This document shows, one piece after another, positions 1 through 9,690 of a DNA stretch of 64,000 nucleotides. The position numbers were made by a program, and so were the translations under genes. The stretch is from Armatimonadota bacterium. GTDB taxonomy: Bacteria > Armatimonadota > UBA5829 > DTLH01. The stretch covers positions 128,001-192,000 of the forward strand of contig JBBRAE010000002.1 in the NCBI GenBank assembly GCA_038207085.1, written 5' to 3'. Position 1 is the stretch's first letter. Every line of letters begins with the position of its first letter. The notes under the pieces are model-generated. The model was not told the origin of the DNA, made no database searches, and saw only the letters and a list, made by a program, of their open reading frames with translations.

Positions 1-144
1 GTCCGTGTGATCGAGCCGGTAGCTTCAGCCGTCCGAGAGGCGCTCGATATTGCGGGCGAAAAAGATCTGGTGCTCGTGACTGGGTCGTTTTATACTATCG
101 GCGAGGTGGATAGAGACACTATTAGCCGTTTCGGTCGCGAGTAG
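1..144 (+). CDS. folC: Folylpolyglutamate synthase/dihydrofolate synthase, C-terminal fragment (runs off window)
   Basis: Frame 1 reads VRVIEPVASAVREALDIAGEKDLVLVTGSFYTIGEV...RE*; DLVLVTGSFYTIGE is the typical FolC C-terminal motif. Confidence 0.8.
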   Translation, partial: VRVIEPVASAVREALDIAGEKDLVLVTGSFYTIGEVDRDTISRFGRE

Positions 145-228
145 CGGGCTGTTTCATGCCCGCGTTTTCGCTAGACCCGATTTGCTCCAGCGGCGCGGTT
201 TTGGTATCCTTAAGCCAGAGGTGTCGCC

Positions 229-2079
229 GTGATCGCGATTTTGCAGCTTTTGGTCATATCTACCATATCAGCAGCCTTTGCCCGCAGGGTATTTGCCCGG
301 TGGGAGCCGGAGTTTGCCACGGGCGGGGAGCGTCTGCTCTTTGAATACGCGGCGGGGCTTGGGCTTCTTGGCCTGGTGATGTTCGCTCTGGGCGCGCTGC
401 AGCTCTTTTACGTGTGGAGCTTTGTTCTGGTTCTCATCGCGATGGCCGCTCTTGGTTGGAATCGGCTTTCTGAGGTCATAGGCGAGCTGACGCGTGGTAT
501 TGGGTCGCTTCGAAGCACAAAACGCGACACTGGAACGTACTTGGTGGTCGGTTTGATCGGAGCAATCGGTGTGCTTGTGCTCGTTCGCGCGCTTGCGCCG
601 CCGCTTGGCGACGACTGGGACAGCCTCGCCTACCATCTCGCGATCCCCAAGCTCTATCTCTCGCACGGTGGGATTTATTACGTCCCATTTGCAAGCCACA
701 GCAACTTCCCGTTCACCTGGGAGATGCTCTACACGCTTGGCCTCGGGTTTGGCTCGATCGCCCTTGCCAAGCTCTTTCATTTTGCGGCGTGGATTCTTCT
801 TCTGTGGGCGACTCACTCGCTTGCGAGGCGATATTTTTCTGCTGTCTCTGCCGGGATTGCGACACTCGTATTTGCAGGTATCCCGATCGCGGCCTGGGAA
901 GCGACTTCGGCCTATGTGGACCTCGCGACGGCGCTTTATACGCTCCTCGTGGTCTATGCGCTTCTGAACTATTCAAGCACCCGTGACCGGCGCTGGGCCT
1001 TAGCCGCAGGGCTTCTGGCGGGGATTGGGGCCGGGACCAAGATGACGGCGCTTGCGATGATCGGGGTCGCCTTTGTGTGGGTTCTCTGGCCGGAAAAGGG
1101 CGAGAAGCTCGCCTCACGCCTGAAGCTTGCGCTTGGCACATCGGTTGTGGCCGCACTTGTCACCGCACCCTGGTATATAAAGACCCTGATCTATACCGGA
1201 AGCCCGGTCTACCCGTTCTTGTACGGCGTCTTCGGCGGTCGCAACTGGAGCGGTCTCACAGCCGAGCTCTATCGGGCAGATCAGCTGCGCTTCGGGGTAG
1301 GGCACGGAACTCTGGACTTTCTGAGGCTCCCCTGGGACCTCTTTGCCCATTTTGCTCGCTTCCACGACTACGGCTCGCGCATGCCGGAGGATATCTCACT
1401 GCCCGCACTTGCAACGCTTAACCCTCAGATGCTGAGTGTGTGGGTCGGCCCCGCCGTTGCCGCGATGTTCCTGCTCGCGCCCTTTGCCCTTACCCGTCGA
1501 GGCGCGCACAGGCCGATGCTTGCCGCAGCGCTCGCGCTGGTGGTGATGTGGTTTGTTGCGATGCAGAACGTTCGATATCTCATACCTGCGCTTGCGCTCT
1601 TTGTCCCGGCGGTCGCCTGGGCCGCCGAGCAGTTCAACCTCAGGCGCGTCGCCCTAGTTGTCGCCGCAGCGTCTAGTTTGCTCACAATTTACATTATGTG
1701 GAACTTTGCCCGTCCTGCGCTCCCGGTCGCGCTTGGAGTCGAGCCCCAGTCGGAGTATTTGGCGGGGATGGACCTCTACCGCACAAGCGAGTTCATCAAC
1801 CGCGAGATTCCCCGGGGCGCAAAAGTCGCGCTCTTTGGCGAAACGCGGGGGTTCTACCTCGACCGGCCCTACTTTTGGGCCGACTCAGGCCACAACGCGA
1901 TCATCCCTCAGGGCTACGAAGCTTCCCGAATCGCCTGGCTCGCCGCTCACGGCTACCGTTATATCCTCGTCAATCACCGCTCCTACGCCTTCCAAAACGC
2001 CGAACCGCCTGCCGGGCTTGAAGAGCTCTACATGGACCTGTCAGGCCAGATGAGTGTTTGGAAGTACGCTGGGCCCTAA
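229..2079 (+). CDS. Polytopic membrane glycosyltransferase, ArnT/PMT (GT-C fold)-like
   Basis: 616 aa with many hydrophobic segments; WDSLAYHL periplasmic loop motif, later PWY..N/GSP.YP and RYLIP motifs. Confidence 0.7.
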   Translation: MIAILQLLVISTISAAFARRVFARWEPEFATGGERLLFEYAAGLGLLGLVMFALGALQLFYVWSFVLVLIAMAALGWNRLSEVIGELTRGIGSLRSTKRDTGTYLVVGLIGAIGVLVLVRALAPPLGDDWDSLAYHLAIPKLYLSHGGIYYVPFASHSNFPFTWEMLYTLGLGFGSIALAKLFHFAAWILLLWATHSLARRYFSAVSAGIATLVFAGIPIAAWEATSAYVDLATALYTLLVVYALLNYSSTRDRRWALAAGLLAGIGAGTKMTALAMIGVAFVWVLWPEKGEKLASRLKLALGTSVVAALVTAPWYIKTLIYTGSPVYPFLYGVFGGRNWSGLTAELYRADQLRFGVGHGTLDFLRLPWDLFAHFARFHDYGSRMPEDISLPALATLNPQMLSVWVGPAVAAMFLLAPFALTRRGAHRPMLAAALALVVMWFVAMQNVRYLIPALALFVPAVAWAAEQFNLRRVALVVAAASSLLTIYIMWNFARPALPVALGVEPQSEYLAGMDLYRTSEFINREIPRGAKVALFGETRGFYLDRPYFWADSGHNAIIPQGYEASRIAWLAAHGYRYILVNHRSYAFQNAEPPAGLEELYMDLSGQMSVWKYAGP

Positions 2080-2233
2080 ATGGCGGCTCGCCAACATATT
2101 TTTGCAATCCGCCGTTTTGATACAAACTGCGGCAGGGTAACGTGAAAATGTAGGCAACTGGATAATGGAGATCAGGATTCCCGGGCGGCGGTCTACCAAG
2201 GCTCGGGAATTCTTTCATGCGGAGGCGCAATAG

Positions 2234-2962
2234 TTGGTAAATATCAAACCTTGTGTTGAGGAAGAGATCCAAGCGATCTACGTTGAGGCGCTGCATGCTA
2301 TGCGCGACAGAAATGTGCCGTTTGTGCTCGGAGGCGCGTTTGCTGTGTGGTTCTACACCGGAGTCTGGCGACACACCCATGACATAGATGTCTTTGCCGA
2401 GCCAGAGAGCGTTCCGGCCGCCGCCGAAGCCCTGAAATCGGCGGGTTTTGAAGACCTCGGAGAGCAAGCCCCCGGCGACCGCGAATGGATCTATCACGCC
2501 GTCAAAGGCGATATCATCGTCGATGTCATCTTCAAATTCGCAAACCGAATCACGTCCGTGAGCGCGGACTGGATCAAACGCTCAAGGCCCGGCGAGCTGC
2601 TGGGAGAAGACGTCAGGTTCCTGCCCCCCGAAGAGCTTGTCTGGTCCAAAATCTTCACGATGAACAAGCACCGGTGTGACTGGCCGGACATAATGAGGAT
2701 CTTCCGGGCAAACTGCGCGAATTTTGACTGGGATCACCTCATAAAGATGCTCGGGGACCACTGGCTGCTCCTTGGGGGACTCGTTCACGTGTTCGACTGG
2801 CAGCACCCCGACGACCACGCGTGCATTCCGCAGGGCGTCAGGGACGAGCTTTTGAAGAGGAGACAGGATCACCAGCCGCAGCAGGGCGTCGGAAACAGGG
2901 AAAAGTTGCTCGACCCGTGGATCCACTCCAGGCCGGAGGACAAATGTTACTGGGAGCAATGA
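2234..2962 (+). CDS. Nucleotidyltransferase (pol-beta superfamily, uncharacterised)
   Basis: GGAFA...RHTHDID and VDVIF catalytic signature; GGAGG RBS before TTG start. Confidence 0.8.
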   Translation: MVNIKPCVEEEIQAIYVEALHAMRDRNVPFVLGGAFAVWFYTGVWRHTHDIDVFAEPESVPAAAEALKSAGFEDLGEQAPGDREWIYHAVKGDIIVDVIFKFANRITSVSADWIKRSRPGELLGEDVRFLPPEELVWSKIFTMNKHRCDWPDIMRIFRANCANFDWDHLIKMLGDHWLLLGGLVHVFDWQHPDDHACIPQGVRDELLKRRQDHQPQQGVGNREKLLDPWIHSRPEDKCYWEQ

Positions 2963-3723
2963 ACAACCCCATGATCGACGTGATCTCTGAGATCGAGTCG
3001 ATCGCGGACAAAGGCTTTGACTTCATCGATCTTACGATGGAGCCACAGGAAGCGTATTCAGCGACCTTTCCTACCCGTGAGGTGAAGGCCGCCCTGAAGC
3101 GCACCGGGCTTGAGGTCATCGGGCACACCGCGTGGTATCTGCAGCTTGCAAGTCCGTTTCCTGAGATAAGGGAAACCGTCGCCCGGGAGCTCGAGCGGTG
3201 CATGCGGGTCTTTCACGAGCTCGGCGCGACGCTTATGAACATCCATCCTCACACCAATGCGCCCCTTCACGACGAGGAATGGATGCGCAGCCAGAATATC
3301 GCGACTCTTTCCCGGATCGCGACCATCGGCTCGCGCCTTGGGATCAAGATCATAATCGAAAACACCCCGCATTTCAGTCGCGTGATGGAACTGCGGCCGA
3401 TGCTTGAGGCGATTCCTGAGATGGGGTTTCACCTCGATGTGGGGCATGCGAACCTCGACAGCCCTTACAACCGCACAGAGGAACTCGTTTCAAACTTTGG
3501 CGACAGGCTGTACCACGTCCACGTCTCAGACAACCGGGGCGGGCGCGACGACCTTCACCTGCCGCTTGGGGTGGGGAACATCAATTGGGCCTGGGTCGTG
3601 AAGATACTGAAGAACGCGGGCTACGACGCCGGGATTACCATCGAAGTCTTTGGTGACGACCCGGATTATTTGACTATCAGCCGCGACAAGCTTCGCAAAC
3701 TCTGGGATACGATTGAGGCATAA
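2944..3723 (+). CDS. Xylose isomerase-like/AP endonuclease 2 TIM-barrel metalloenzyme
   Basis: IEN, HLDVGHAN, HVHVSDN, DLHLPLG and TIE metal-ligand motifs; ATG 2944 follows GGAGG and overlaps upstream gene. Confidence 0.85.
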   Translation: MLLGAMNNPMIDVISEIESIADKGFDFIDLTMEPQEAYSATFPTREVKAALKRTGLEVIGHTAWYLQLASPFPEIRETVARELERCMRVFHELGATLMNIHPHTNAPLHDEEWMRSQNIATLSRIATIGSRLGIKIIIENTPHFSRVMELRPMLEAIPEMGFHLDVGHANLDSPYNRTEELVSNFGDRLYHVHVSDNRGGRDDLHLPLGVGNINWAWVVKILKNAGYDAGITIEVFGDDPDYLTISRDKLRKLWDTIEA

Positions 3724-3768
3724 GTTTCGGGCACGGGGGCTGGCAAAACCAGCCCCTCGTCCAAATCC

Positions 3769-4641
3769 CTAATTTTCAACGGCGGCGGATTCCTCCACAA
3801 GCTCCACTGCGAAGTCCTCAAACCTGCGGGGTTCGTGCTTTAGTGCGTCTCGCAGAGGCGCGTCGGGGTTGTCCGGGACGCTGAAGCCGTGCTCCTGGAA
3901 GAACGTGAACATGATCTTGTAGTCCCCGATCATCCAGTCCGGCAACATGCTCTTTGCCTGCTCGGCCCACGCGTCGAGGTCGTCGCCTATGTAGCGCACG
4001 TCCCGCCCGAGGTACTGGGAGTAGACTTCGGCTACCCTTGGGCCAGAGAGGTTTTCCGGCCCCTGAAGCTCGTATATCCGCCCGTGGTGTCCGCTCTCAA
4101 GAAGCGAGGTCACCGCCGCGTCGGCGATATCTCGCACGTCCACGCGATTTATCCCCCTCTTGCCGATCGGGTAGGGATATACTCCCTGCTCGGTGATCAC
4201 GTCTTTGACCCACAGGTCGTTTTGGTAGAAGTTGGTCGGGCGAAGGATTGTCCACTCAAGGCCGGAGTTCATTATGGCCTGCTCTATCGGGATTTTGCTT
4301 GCAAAGTGTGGGATGTGCTCGGACCCCGGAGGCATGCCGACCGACATATAGACGATTTTTTGCACCTCTGAGTCCTGCGCCGCCCGAACGCCCTGAAGCC
4401 CAAGCTCGGCCTCCTGAGGCCCGATTGGAACCAGGAGAAACAGCGCGTCTATGTCTTGAAACGCTGCCGGGAGCGTTTCGGGCTTGGCAAGATCGCCGAC
4501 CGCCGCCTGCGCGCCTTCGGGGACTTCGTGCGCCTTTTGTTCCGAACGAGTGAGCACCCGCACGTCGGCGTTCCGGGCGAGAAGGTCGGCTACAACCTGA
4601 CTTCCGACGGTCCCCGTGCCGCCGATCACAAGTATTTTCAT
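3769..4641 (-). CDS. NmrA-like NAD(P)-binding atypical SDR
   Basis: N-terminal ILVIGGTGTVG Rossmann motif; WTILRP and VDVRDIA motifs. Confidence 0.85.
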   Translation of the reverse strand: MKILVIGGTGTVGSQVVADLLARNADVRVLTRSEQKAHEVPEGAQAAVGDLAKPETLPAAFQDIDALFLLVPIGPQEAELGLQGVRAAQDSEVQKIVYMSVGMPPGSEHIPHFASKIPIEQAIMNSGLEWTILRPTNFYQNDLWVKDVITEQGVYPYPIGKRGINRVDVRDIADAAVTSLLESGHHGRIYELQGPENLSGPRVAEVYSQYLGRDVRYIGDDLDAWAEQAKSMLPDWMIGDYKIMFTFFQEHGFSVPDNPDAPLRDALKHEPRRFEDFAVELVEESAAVEN

Positions 4642-4717
4642 GGCTCTACCCCCAGTGGATGAGTTTGATGGTCTTTGTATCAGTATCGCCGTTTCGGGGG
4701 GAGATCAAACTAAGAAG

Positions 4718-4750
4718 TCCCCTCTCCCCTTGTGGGAGAGGGTGAGGGGG
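4718..4750. repeat. REP-like palindrome CCCTCTCCC-TTGT-GGGAGAGGG
   Basis: ccctctccccttgtgggagagggtgagggg in an intergenic position; widespread bacterial palindrome family. Confidence 0.6.
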
Positions 4751-4778
4751 AATACCTGAAAGTCAGCAATAGACAAAT

Positions 4779-4807
4779 GCGTCCGGGGATGTTGTGTCCC
4801 CGGACGC
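4779..4807 (-). terminator. Hairpin downstream of the 4817-8263 gene
   Basis: gcgtccgggga...tccccggacgc stem just past the stop; only a short T-run follows. Confidence 0.55.
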
Positions 4808-4816
4808 GGTTTATTC

Positions 4817-7800
4817 TTACGGTTTTTCAAGCGTGATCGCCATAACGCGCACTTTGGCGTTTTGCGGCAGGACGATCGATGAGATCTGCCGGGTCGCATC
4901 AAGGGGTATCGCGTAGCGGAACAGGTAGCAGTTCGCTCCCCGTTCGTCGCCCGTTGCAATGTGGCGCTGCAGGGTTACGAGCGCGATTTCCTCGCCGTTT
5001 GCCGGTTCGCTCTTCCATGAGCTCATCTTGACCTTTGCAGGCTCGACCGATGAAGGGTAGCCGATGCCAAAACTCGCGTCCTGATCGGGCTCAGTCGCTG
5101 CGCCAAGAATGTGGACTACAGAATACTTGCCCTTGGGGACGTTTATCGTCTGACCGGCGCACGTGACGGCGTTTTTGTCGCCCGCCGCTTTGTGGCCGAA
5201 GCGGAAGCTGATCTTTCGATTGGCGTCCTTGGTCCAATTGTACCCACAGGGGTAGAGGTCGTTTGGTTTGCCGACGCAGATGTCCGGCGGCATAAACTCA
5301 GCCGGGAAGCTTGCGCCTGTGCCGTCAAAGTTGCCGCTTTCGCGGTTGCGGTCCGGGCTTGAGGCGACAGTGTCGAACGTGGTCGAGAGGTCGGCCATAG
5401 AGAGCTTGCCGTTCTGCACGGTCACTTCCACAGTGAACAGGTCGCCCCCGCGGGTGATGTCCAGGGTCGATGCCCAGCGGTCGCGCTCCGCGAGGTCCCA
5501 TGCGAGGATATAGCGGCCGTCGTAGGCGGGCGCGGTCAGCTTGGCGGCGACAATCGTCGGCTCGTTTGGCCTGATCGGCGTCTTCAGAGCGGTCTTTGCG
5601 CCGTCCCAGACGGCTTCTGTGCCGTCGAGATAATACCAGTGGTAGCCGATGCTGTGGACGCCTGGAACCCAGAGCTCGGGGCTGTTGTTGCGCACGGCAA
5701 GCTTCACATCGATCATCTTGCCAGCGTCGATCGCCTCCGGCACGTCGCATGCGACAAAGTGCGCTCCGAGGTCCGAGTCAAATATGTCGAGCGCCCGCTC
5801 GTAGAGGCCGCTTGCTCTGGTCGAGGTCGGAATGCTCGTCTCGCCGTCGACCATAGTGAGCGCCAGGCGGTAGTCGACGCCAGCTTTGAGGTTCGAGAGC
5901 GGAAGCGGCTTGCCTGTTGGATCGTTAAAGTTGACGGTGAGCTCAAGGTCGGCGATCTGTCCGGGAGCGGTGTCACGGGCGATCACGGTGCGCCAAGGCG
6001 CGGTTGCGACCTCTTTACCGGCGCACAGCAGCTTTGCGATCACGGAGGTGTTGGTCTTCCAAGGCGATGTGCCGTCGTTTCGGACTTTGAGGCGATAAGT
6101 GTAGGAAGCGCCGCTTTTGACCATCACAGGCCCGTCAACCGAGGTGACTCTGGCCTGACACTGGGCACTTTGACCGATCTTGATCGGCACGGAAAGCCCA
6201 TCGTCGCCAAGCGCACTGAACCACTTGTCGTCGGCCATGCGCACCATCTCAAAGCGGATCTCATAGTCACCTTCGGGCAGGTCTTCGGCGTTTTCCTTGA
6301 CGGCTACGACCCCGATTGCGATCTCAGCGGACTGTCCCGGCAGGATGTCGGACTGCAGAGGTCGCTTGACCGCCGCTTCGCCGATCGGTTTGCCGTCTTT
6401 GTACCACCTGTACGAAAGTGCGAACCCCTCCGCGGCGCGCCACGTGCGGATGCCGTCGTTTTGCACGGTCATGTCGACCGAATAGACGGTCTCCGGCAGG
6501 ATCGCGCGCGGCAGGTTGTGGCGCATAAACTTGGCGTCGTAGTCGCGGGGGCCGCGGAACTTGAGCGCCTGCATTGCGGTCGCGTCAATATAAGTGAAAC
6601 CGTATTGGCGGCTTCCGCATATCTCGCTTCCCTCGCGGAACTGGTTCCAGCCGTCGACTATCGCCCAGTTAGGGCGTTTGACGAGCGTTTTGCTCCAGTC
6701 GGCGCGGTAGGTGTCACCGCCTTCTCGCGAACGGATGGGGGTGACGCTCTGCGGGACGGCGCAGTCGTCGTAACCGGGGCCGACCGCCGCGATTCGGATC
6801 TTTGCAGTGTCGTCGTAGGTAAAATCAAGCCCCGCGCCGTAGCGGCAGAAGCCGTCGAGGCCGGGGGCTTTGTCATTGAAGTCGCGCGCGCCAAGCCACA
6901 TGATGTTTGCGTCAAAGTCGCGTGCGAAGCGCTCGTTTACGTAGGATATAAAGCTTGAGTCAAGGTCGGAAAACGGCCTTGCGGAGTATAGCTGGACTAT
7001 ATACGATGGCCGCCCGGAGCGTTCGTCGGCCATCTGCACCTGCGCGCGGTATTCCTCTGGGACGCGCTCGAAAAAGTCCCGGATCATCCCGTAGAGCGCT
7101 TCCTTGGTGGGCAGTTCGCACAGGTTGGCTGGGCCGCCGATAGCTACCGGGATGGATGTGGTGTCGAGATAGAGCCCGACCAGCGGAAAAGGCTTCTTGG
7201 CGGCTTCAAGCTCGCGCATCGCCTCGACCATTACGTCGAGCCCCTTGGCCGAGTAGTTTGTGCGGCTTGCGGGGTCGCCCCAGTATACGGGCAGGATGAT
7301 ATCTATCCCCGCGCGCCTGATGTCGGAGAGCTCGTCCTTGTGCCACTGCACTCGGTCGAAGCTGAACCACGGGCCTGCTCCCCTGATCGGCTGATCGGTG
7401 AGCGCAAGCCGTCCGTCAGACTCACGCACCCGGGCAAAAGGCGCCGATTTCCTCGGGTCGCCCTGATACCAGTAGAAGTAGTAAGTAAGCGCCATCTTCT
7501 GGAACTGGTGTTTGGGTTTGGCGAGCGCTTCGATTGCGAGCGGGATGTCGAAGCTCGTGTTCTTGTTATACTCTTTCAGGCGCACCTGTCCGTCCATAAG
7601 CGGCATCCGGGTGATGTACTTGCTTGAGACGATCTTATCAAGCGAAAGCGTCGCCGCGCCGAATACTGGGGCGGTGAAGACGATATCCACCCATTTGCTT
7701 GCGTCGTGGACGTCGGCTTCGGCCTTAACGTTCGGTGAGAGGCTGACGAACTTGTTTGAGTCGCCTTTCTGCCTGACCAGCACGTTGAAGCTCATCATCG

Positions 7801-8263
7801 AGCCGGGTTCGGGCGATTTTGCGCCCATCTCACCCCAGGGAATCGCGAGCTCGACCGTGTAGCCGTTGTCGAGGTCCTCTGCGTTGTTGAGCGAGCCGTC
7901 GCAGATGCTCGAATACTTAAACGAGTAGATCTTCTTTGGTTTCCAGACGCCGTCGGCGGCTCCCTGGCTAAAGCATGCCCCACCCGCGGAGCTTACGGCC
8001 ATGTGGTAGGCGTGCCCGGTGCTGCCTTTGGCGTGGGCGTTGTCGGTTTCGATGAAGACCTCGACGCAGTCGTCCTCCCACGGTTTGGAGAACGGTAGGG
8101 AGTTGACCCCAGTGATGTCCGGGTCGTCGACCTGGAACGCTGCGTAGAAGTAGTTTTCGTCCCAGGTTGTGGAACAGCTCACCTTGCCATCGGCATAGGC
8201 AAAGCCTGAGGAAACCCCGAGAACGATTGAAAACAGGAGAAATAGCTTGCGCAGTTTACTCAC
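4817..8263 (-). CDS. Secreted multidomain protein: CBM9/DOMON-like N-terminus, GH99/GH71/DUF5010-like core, three Ig-like repeats
   Basis: Signal peptide; WEDDCVEVFI and GYTVELAIPW (CBM9-like); YYFYWY, VGPGYDD, GWNQFREG (GH99-like barrel); repeated V.N.G...W domains. Confidence 0.7.
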   Translation of the reverse strand: MSKLRKLFLLFSIVLGVSSGFAYADGKVSCSTTWDENYFYAAFQVDDPDITGVNSLPFSKPWEDDCVEVFIETDNAHAKGSTGHAYHMAVSSAGGACFSQGAADGVWKPKKIYSFKYSSICDGSLNNAEDLDNGYTVELAIPWGEMGAKSPEPGSMMSFNVLVRQKGDSNKFVSLSPNVKAEADVHDASKWVDIVFTAPVFGAATLSLDKIVSSKYITRMPLMDGQVRLKEYNKNTSFDIPLAIEALAKPKHQFQKMALTYYFYWYQGDPRKSAPFARVRESDGRLALTDQPIRGAGPWFSFDRVQWHKDELSDIRRAGIDIILPVYWGDPASRTNYSAKGLDVMVEAMRELEAAKKPFPLVGLYLDTTSIPVAIGGPANLCELPTKEALYGMIRDFFERVPEEYRAQVQMADERSGRPSYIVQLYSARPFSDLDSSFISYVNERFARDFDANIMWLGARDFNDKAPGLDGFCRYGAGLDFTYDDTAKIRIAAVGPGYDDCAVPQSVTPIRSREGGDTYRADWSKTLVKRPNWAIVDGWNQFREGSEICGSRQYGFTYIDATAMQALKFRGPRDYDAKFMRHNLPRAILPETVYSVDMTVQNDGIRTWRAAEGFALSYRWYKDGKPIGEAAVKRPLQSDILPGQSAEIAIGVVAVKENAEDLPEGDYEIRFEMVRMADDKWFSALGDDGLSVPIKIGQSAQCQARVTSVDGPVMVKSGASYTYRLKVRNDGTSPWKTNTSVIAKLLCAGKEVATAPWRTVIARDTAPGQIADLELTVNFNDPTGKPLPLSNLKAGVDYRLALTMVDGETSIPTSTRASGLYERALDIFDSDLGAHFVACDVPEAIDAGKMIDVKLAVRNNSPELWVPGVHSIGYHWYYLDGTEAVWDGAKTALKTPIRPNEPTIVAAKLTAPAYDGRYILAWDLAERDRWASTLDITRGGDLFTVEVTVQNGKLSMADLSTTFDTVASSPDRNRESGNFDGTGASFPAEFMPPDICVGKPNDLYPCGYNWTKDANRKISFRFGHKAAGDKNAVTCAGQTINVPKGKYSVVHILGAATEPDQDASFGIGYPSSVEPAKVKMSSWKSEPANGEEIALVTLQRHIATGDERGANCYLFRYAIPLDATRQISSIVLPQNAKVRVMAITLEKP

Positions 8264-8270
8264 CCCTTTG

Positions 8271-8378
8271 GAGTTAAAAGTGTAAAGTATAGTGTGATAG
8301 TAGAATGTGGAAAGTGCATTGCGCCATTACGCTGTTTTACACTTTACACTTGGCACCTTACACTGTCCACTTACTCTA
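8271..8378. repeat. Degenerate heptamer tandem repeats in inverted arrangement
   Basis: AGTGTAA-like units followed by complementary TTACACT-like units. Confidence 0.5.
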
Positions 8379-8396
8379 GACGGATGAGGCCGGCCG

Positions 8397-9587
8397 CTAT
8401 TCCCGTCCGGCTGGTATCTCTTCGGCCTTTACGCCGAGTTTTTCGACAAAGTTTGATATTCGCTCGACCGCGATTCGGATCTTGTCGACGGCGGTGGCGT
8501 ATGAGCAGCGCACGTACCCTTCGCCGCACTGTCCAAAAGCGTTCCCCGGGACGACCGCGACCTTCTCTTCAAAGAGCAGTCGCTCGCTGAACTCTTCTGA
8601 TGTAAGCCCCGTGCGCTTGATCGACGGGAACGCGTAAAACGCGCCGCCCGGCGTGAAGCACTCAAGGCCAATTGAGTTGAACCCCGAAACGATCAGTTTT
8701 CGCCTGCGATCGTACTCCTCGACCATCTTGTCGCTGTCGCCCTCGCCGTTTTTCATCGCCTCGATTGCGGCTATCTGGGCCATAATCGGCGCGCACATCA
8801 TCGTGTACTGATGGATCTTCATCATGCTGTCGATGATCTCGGGGTTTGCGGCGGCGTAGCCGATGCGCCATCCCGTCATTGCGTAGGCCTTGGAGAACCC
8901 ATTCAAAAGAATGGTGCGCTCGTAGGCTCCGTCGAGTGTCGGCACACAGGTGTGGGCTCCGATGTAGGTCAGTCTGTCGTAAATCTCGTCGGATATAACG
9001 TAGAGGTCGTGCTTAACGGCCAGATCCATGATCTTCTGAAGCGTCTCGCGGGAGATCGTAGCCCCAGTCGGGTTTGACGGGTAGCTTAGGATCATCGCCT
9101 TGGTGCGCGGCGTGATCGCGGCTTCGATCTGTTCGGGTGTTACGGCAAAGTTGGTGTCGATCGAAGTCGTGATCGGGACCGCGACTCCGCCCGCGAACAT
9201 AACGCAGGGCTTGTAGGAGACAAAACAGGGTTCTGGGACGAGCACTTCGTCGCCGGGGTTGGTGATCGTCCGCAGCGCAAGGTCCATCGCCTCGCTTACT
9301 CCCACGGTGATCAAGACCTGGTTATCGGGGTTATAGTCAAGCCCCCAGCGCTCGGAAAGATAATCCGTGATAAGCCGCCGAAGCTCGAGCAACCCGTAGT
9401 TTGAGGTATAGTTGGTGTAGCCCTTTTCAAGCGAGTAGATGCACGCCTCGCGGATGCGCCAGGGCGTGACAAAGTCCGGCTCGCCGACGCCCAGGGACAC
9501 AACGTCCTGCATCTGCGAGACAATGTCGAAGAACTTGCGTATCCCCGACGCCGGTGTTTCTATTACTACTTGAGATAGTGGCTTCAT
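8397..9587 (-). CDS. PLP-dependent class I/II aminotransferase (YugH/AlaT-like)
   Basis: GVGEPDF, YPSNPTG, SDEIY and FSKAYAMTGWRIGY motifs; follows an Lrp gene as in Bacillus yugG-yugH. Confidence 0.92.
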   Translation of the reverse strand: MKPLSQVVIETPASGIRKFFDIVSQMQDVVSLGVGEPDFVTPWRIREACIYSLEKGYTNYTSNYGLLELRRLITDYLSERWGLDYNPDNQVLITVGVSEAMDLALRTITNPGDEVLVPEPCFVSYKPCVMFAGGVAVPITTSIDTNFAVTPEQIEAAITPRTKAMILSYPSNPTGATISRETLQKIMDLAVKHDLYVISDEIYDRLTYIGAHTCVPTLDGAYERTILLNGFSKAYAMTGWRIGYAAANPEIIDSMMKIHQYTMMCAPIMAQIAAIEAMKNGEGDSDKMVEEYDRRRKLIVSGFNSIGLECFTPGGAFYAFPSIKRTGLTSEEFSERLLFEEKVAVVPGNAFGQCGEGYVRCSYATAVDKIRIAVERISNFVEKLGVKAEEIPAGRE

Positions 9588-9595
9588 AATAAACT

Positions 9596-9688
9596 CAGCT
9601 ATTAGCAGTTAGCCGTTAGCTGTTAGCAACCAGATGCTACAGTCTAACAAGTCTCCTCAGCCAGCTAAAAGCTAAACGCTAATGGCTC
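9596..9688. repeat. Heptamer tandem repeats (GTTAGCN / GCTAAAN), inverted
   Basis: attagcagttagccgttagctgttagc ... gctaaaagctaaacgctaatggct. Confidence 0.6.
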
Positions 9689-9690
9689 TC

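Noticed and set aside
5639..6958. 439-aa plus-strand ORF and similar long antisense ORFs (10942-11919, 33521-34315, 42795-43559, 48130-48993)
   Set aside because: Shadow frames opposite well-supported genes in GC-rich DNA, with no recognisable motifs.
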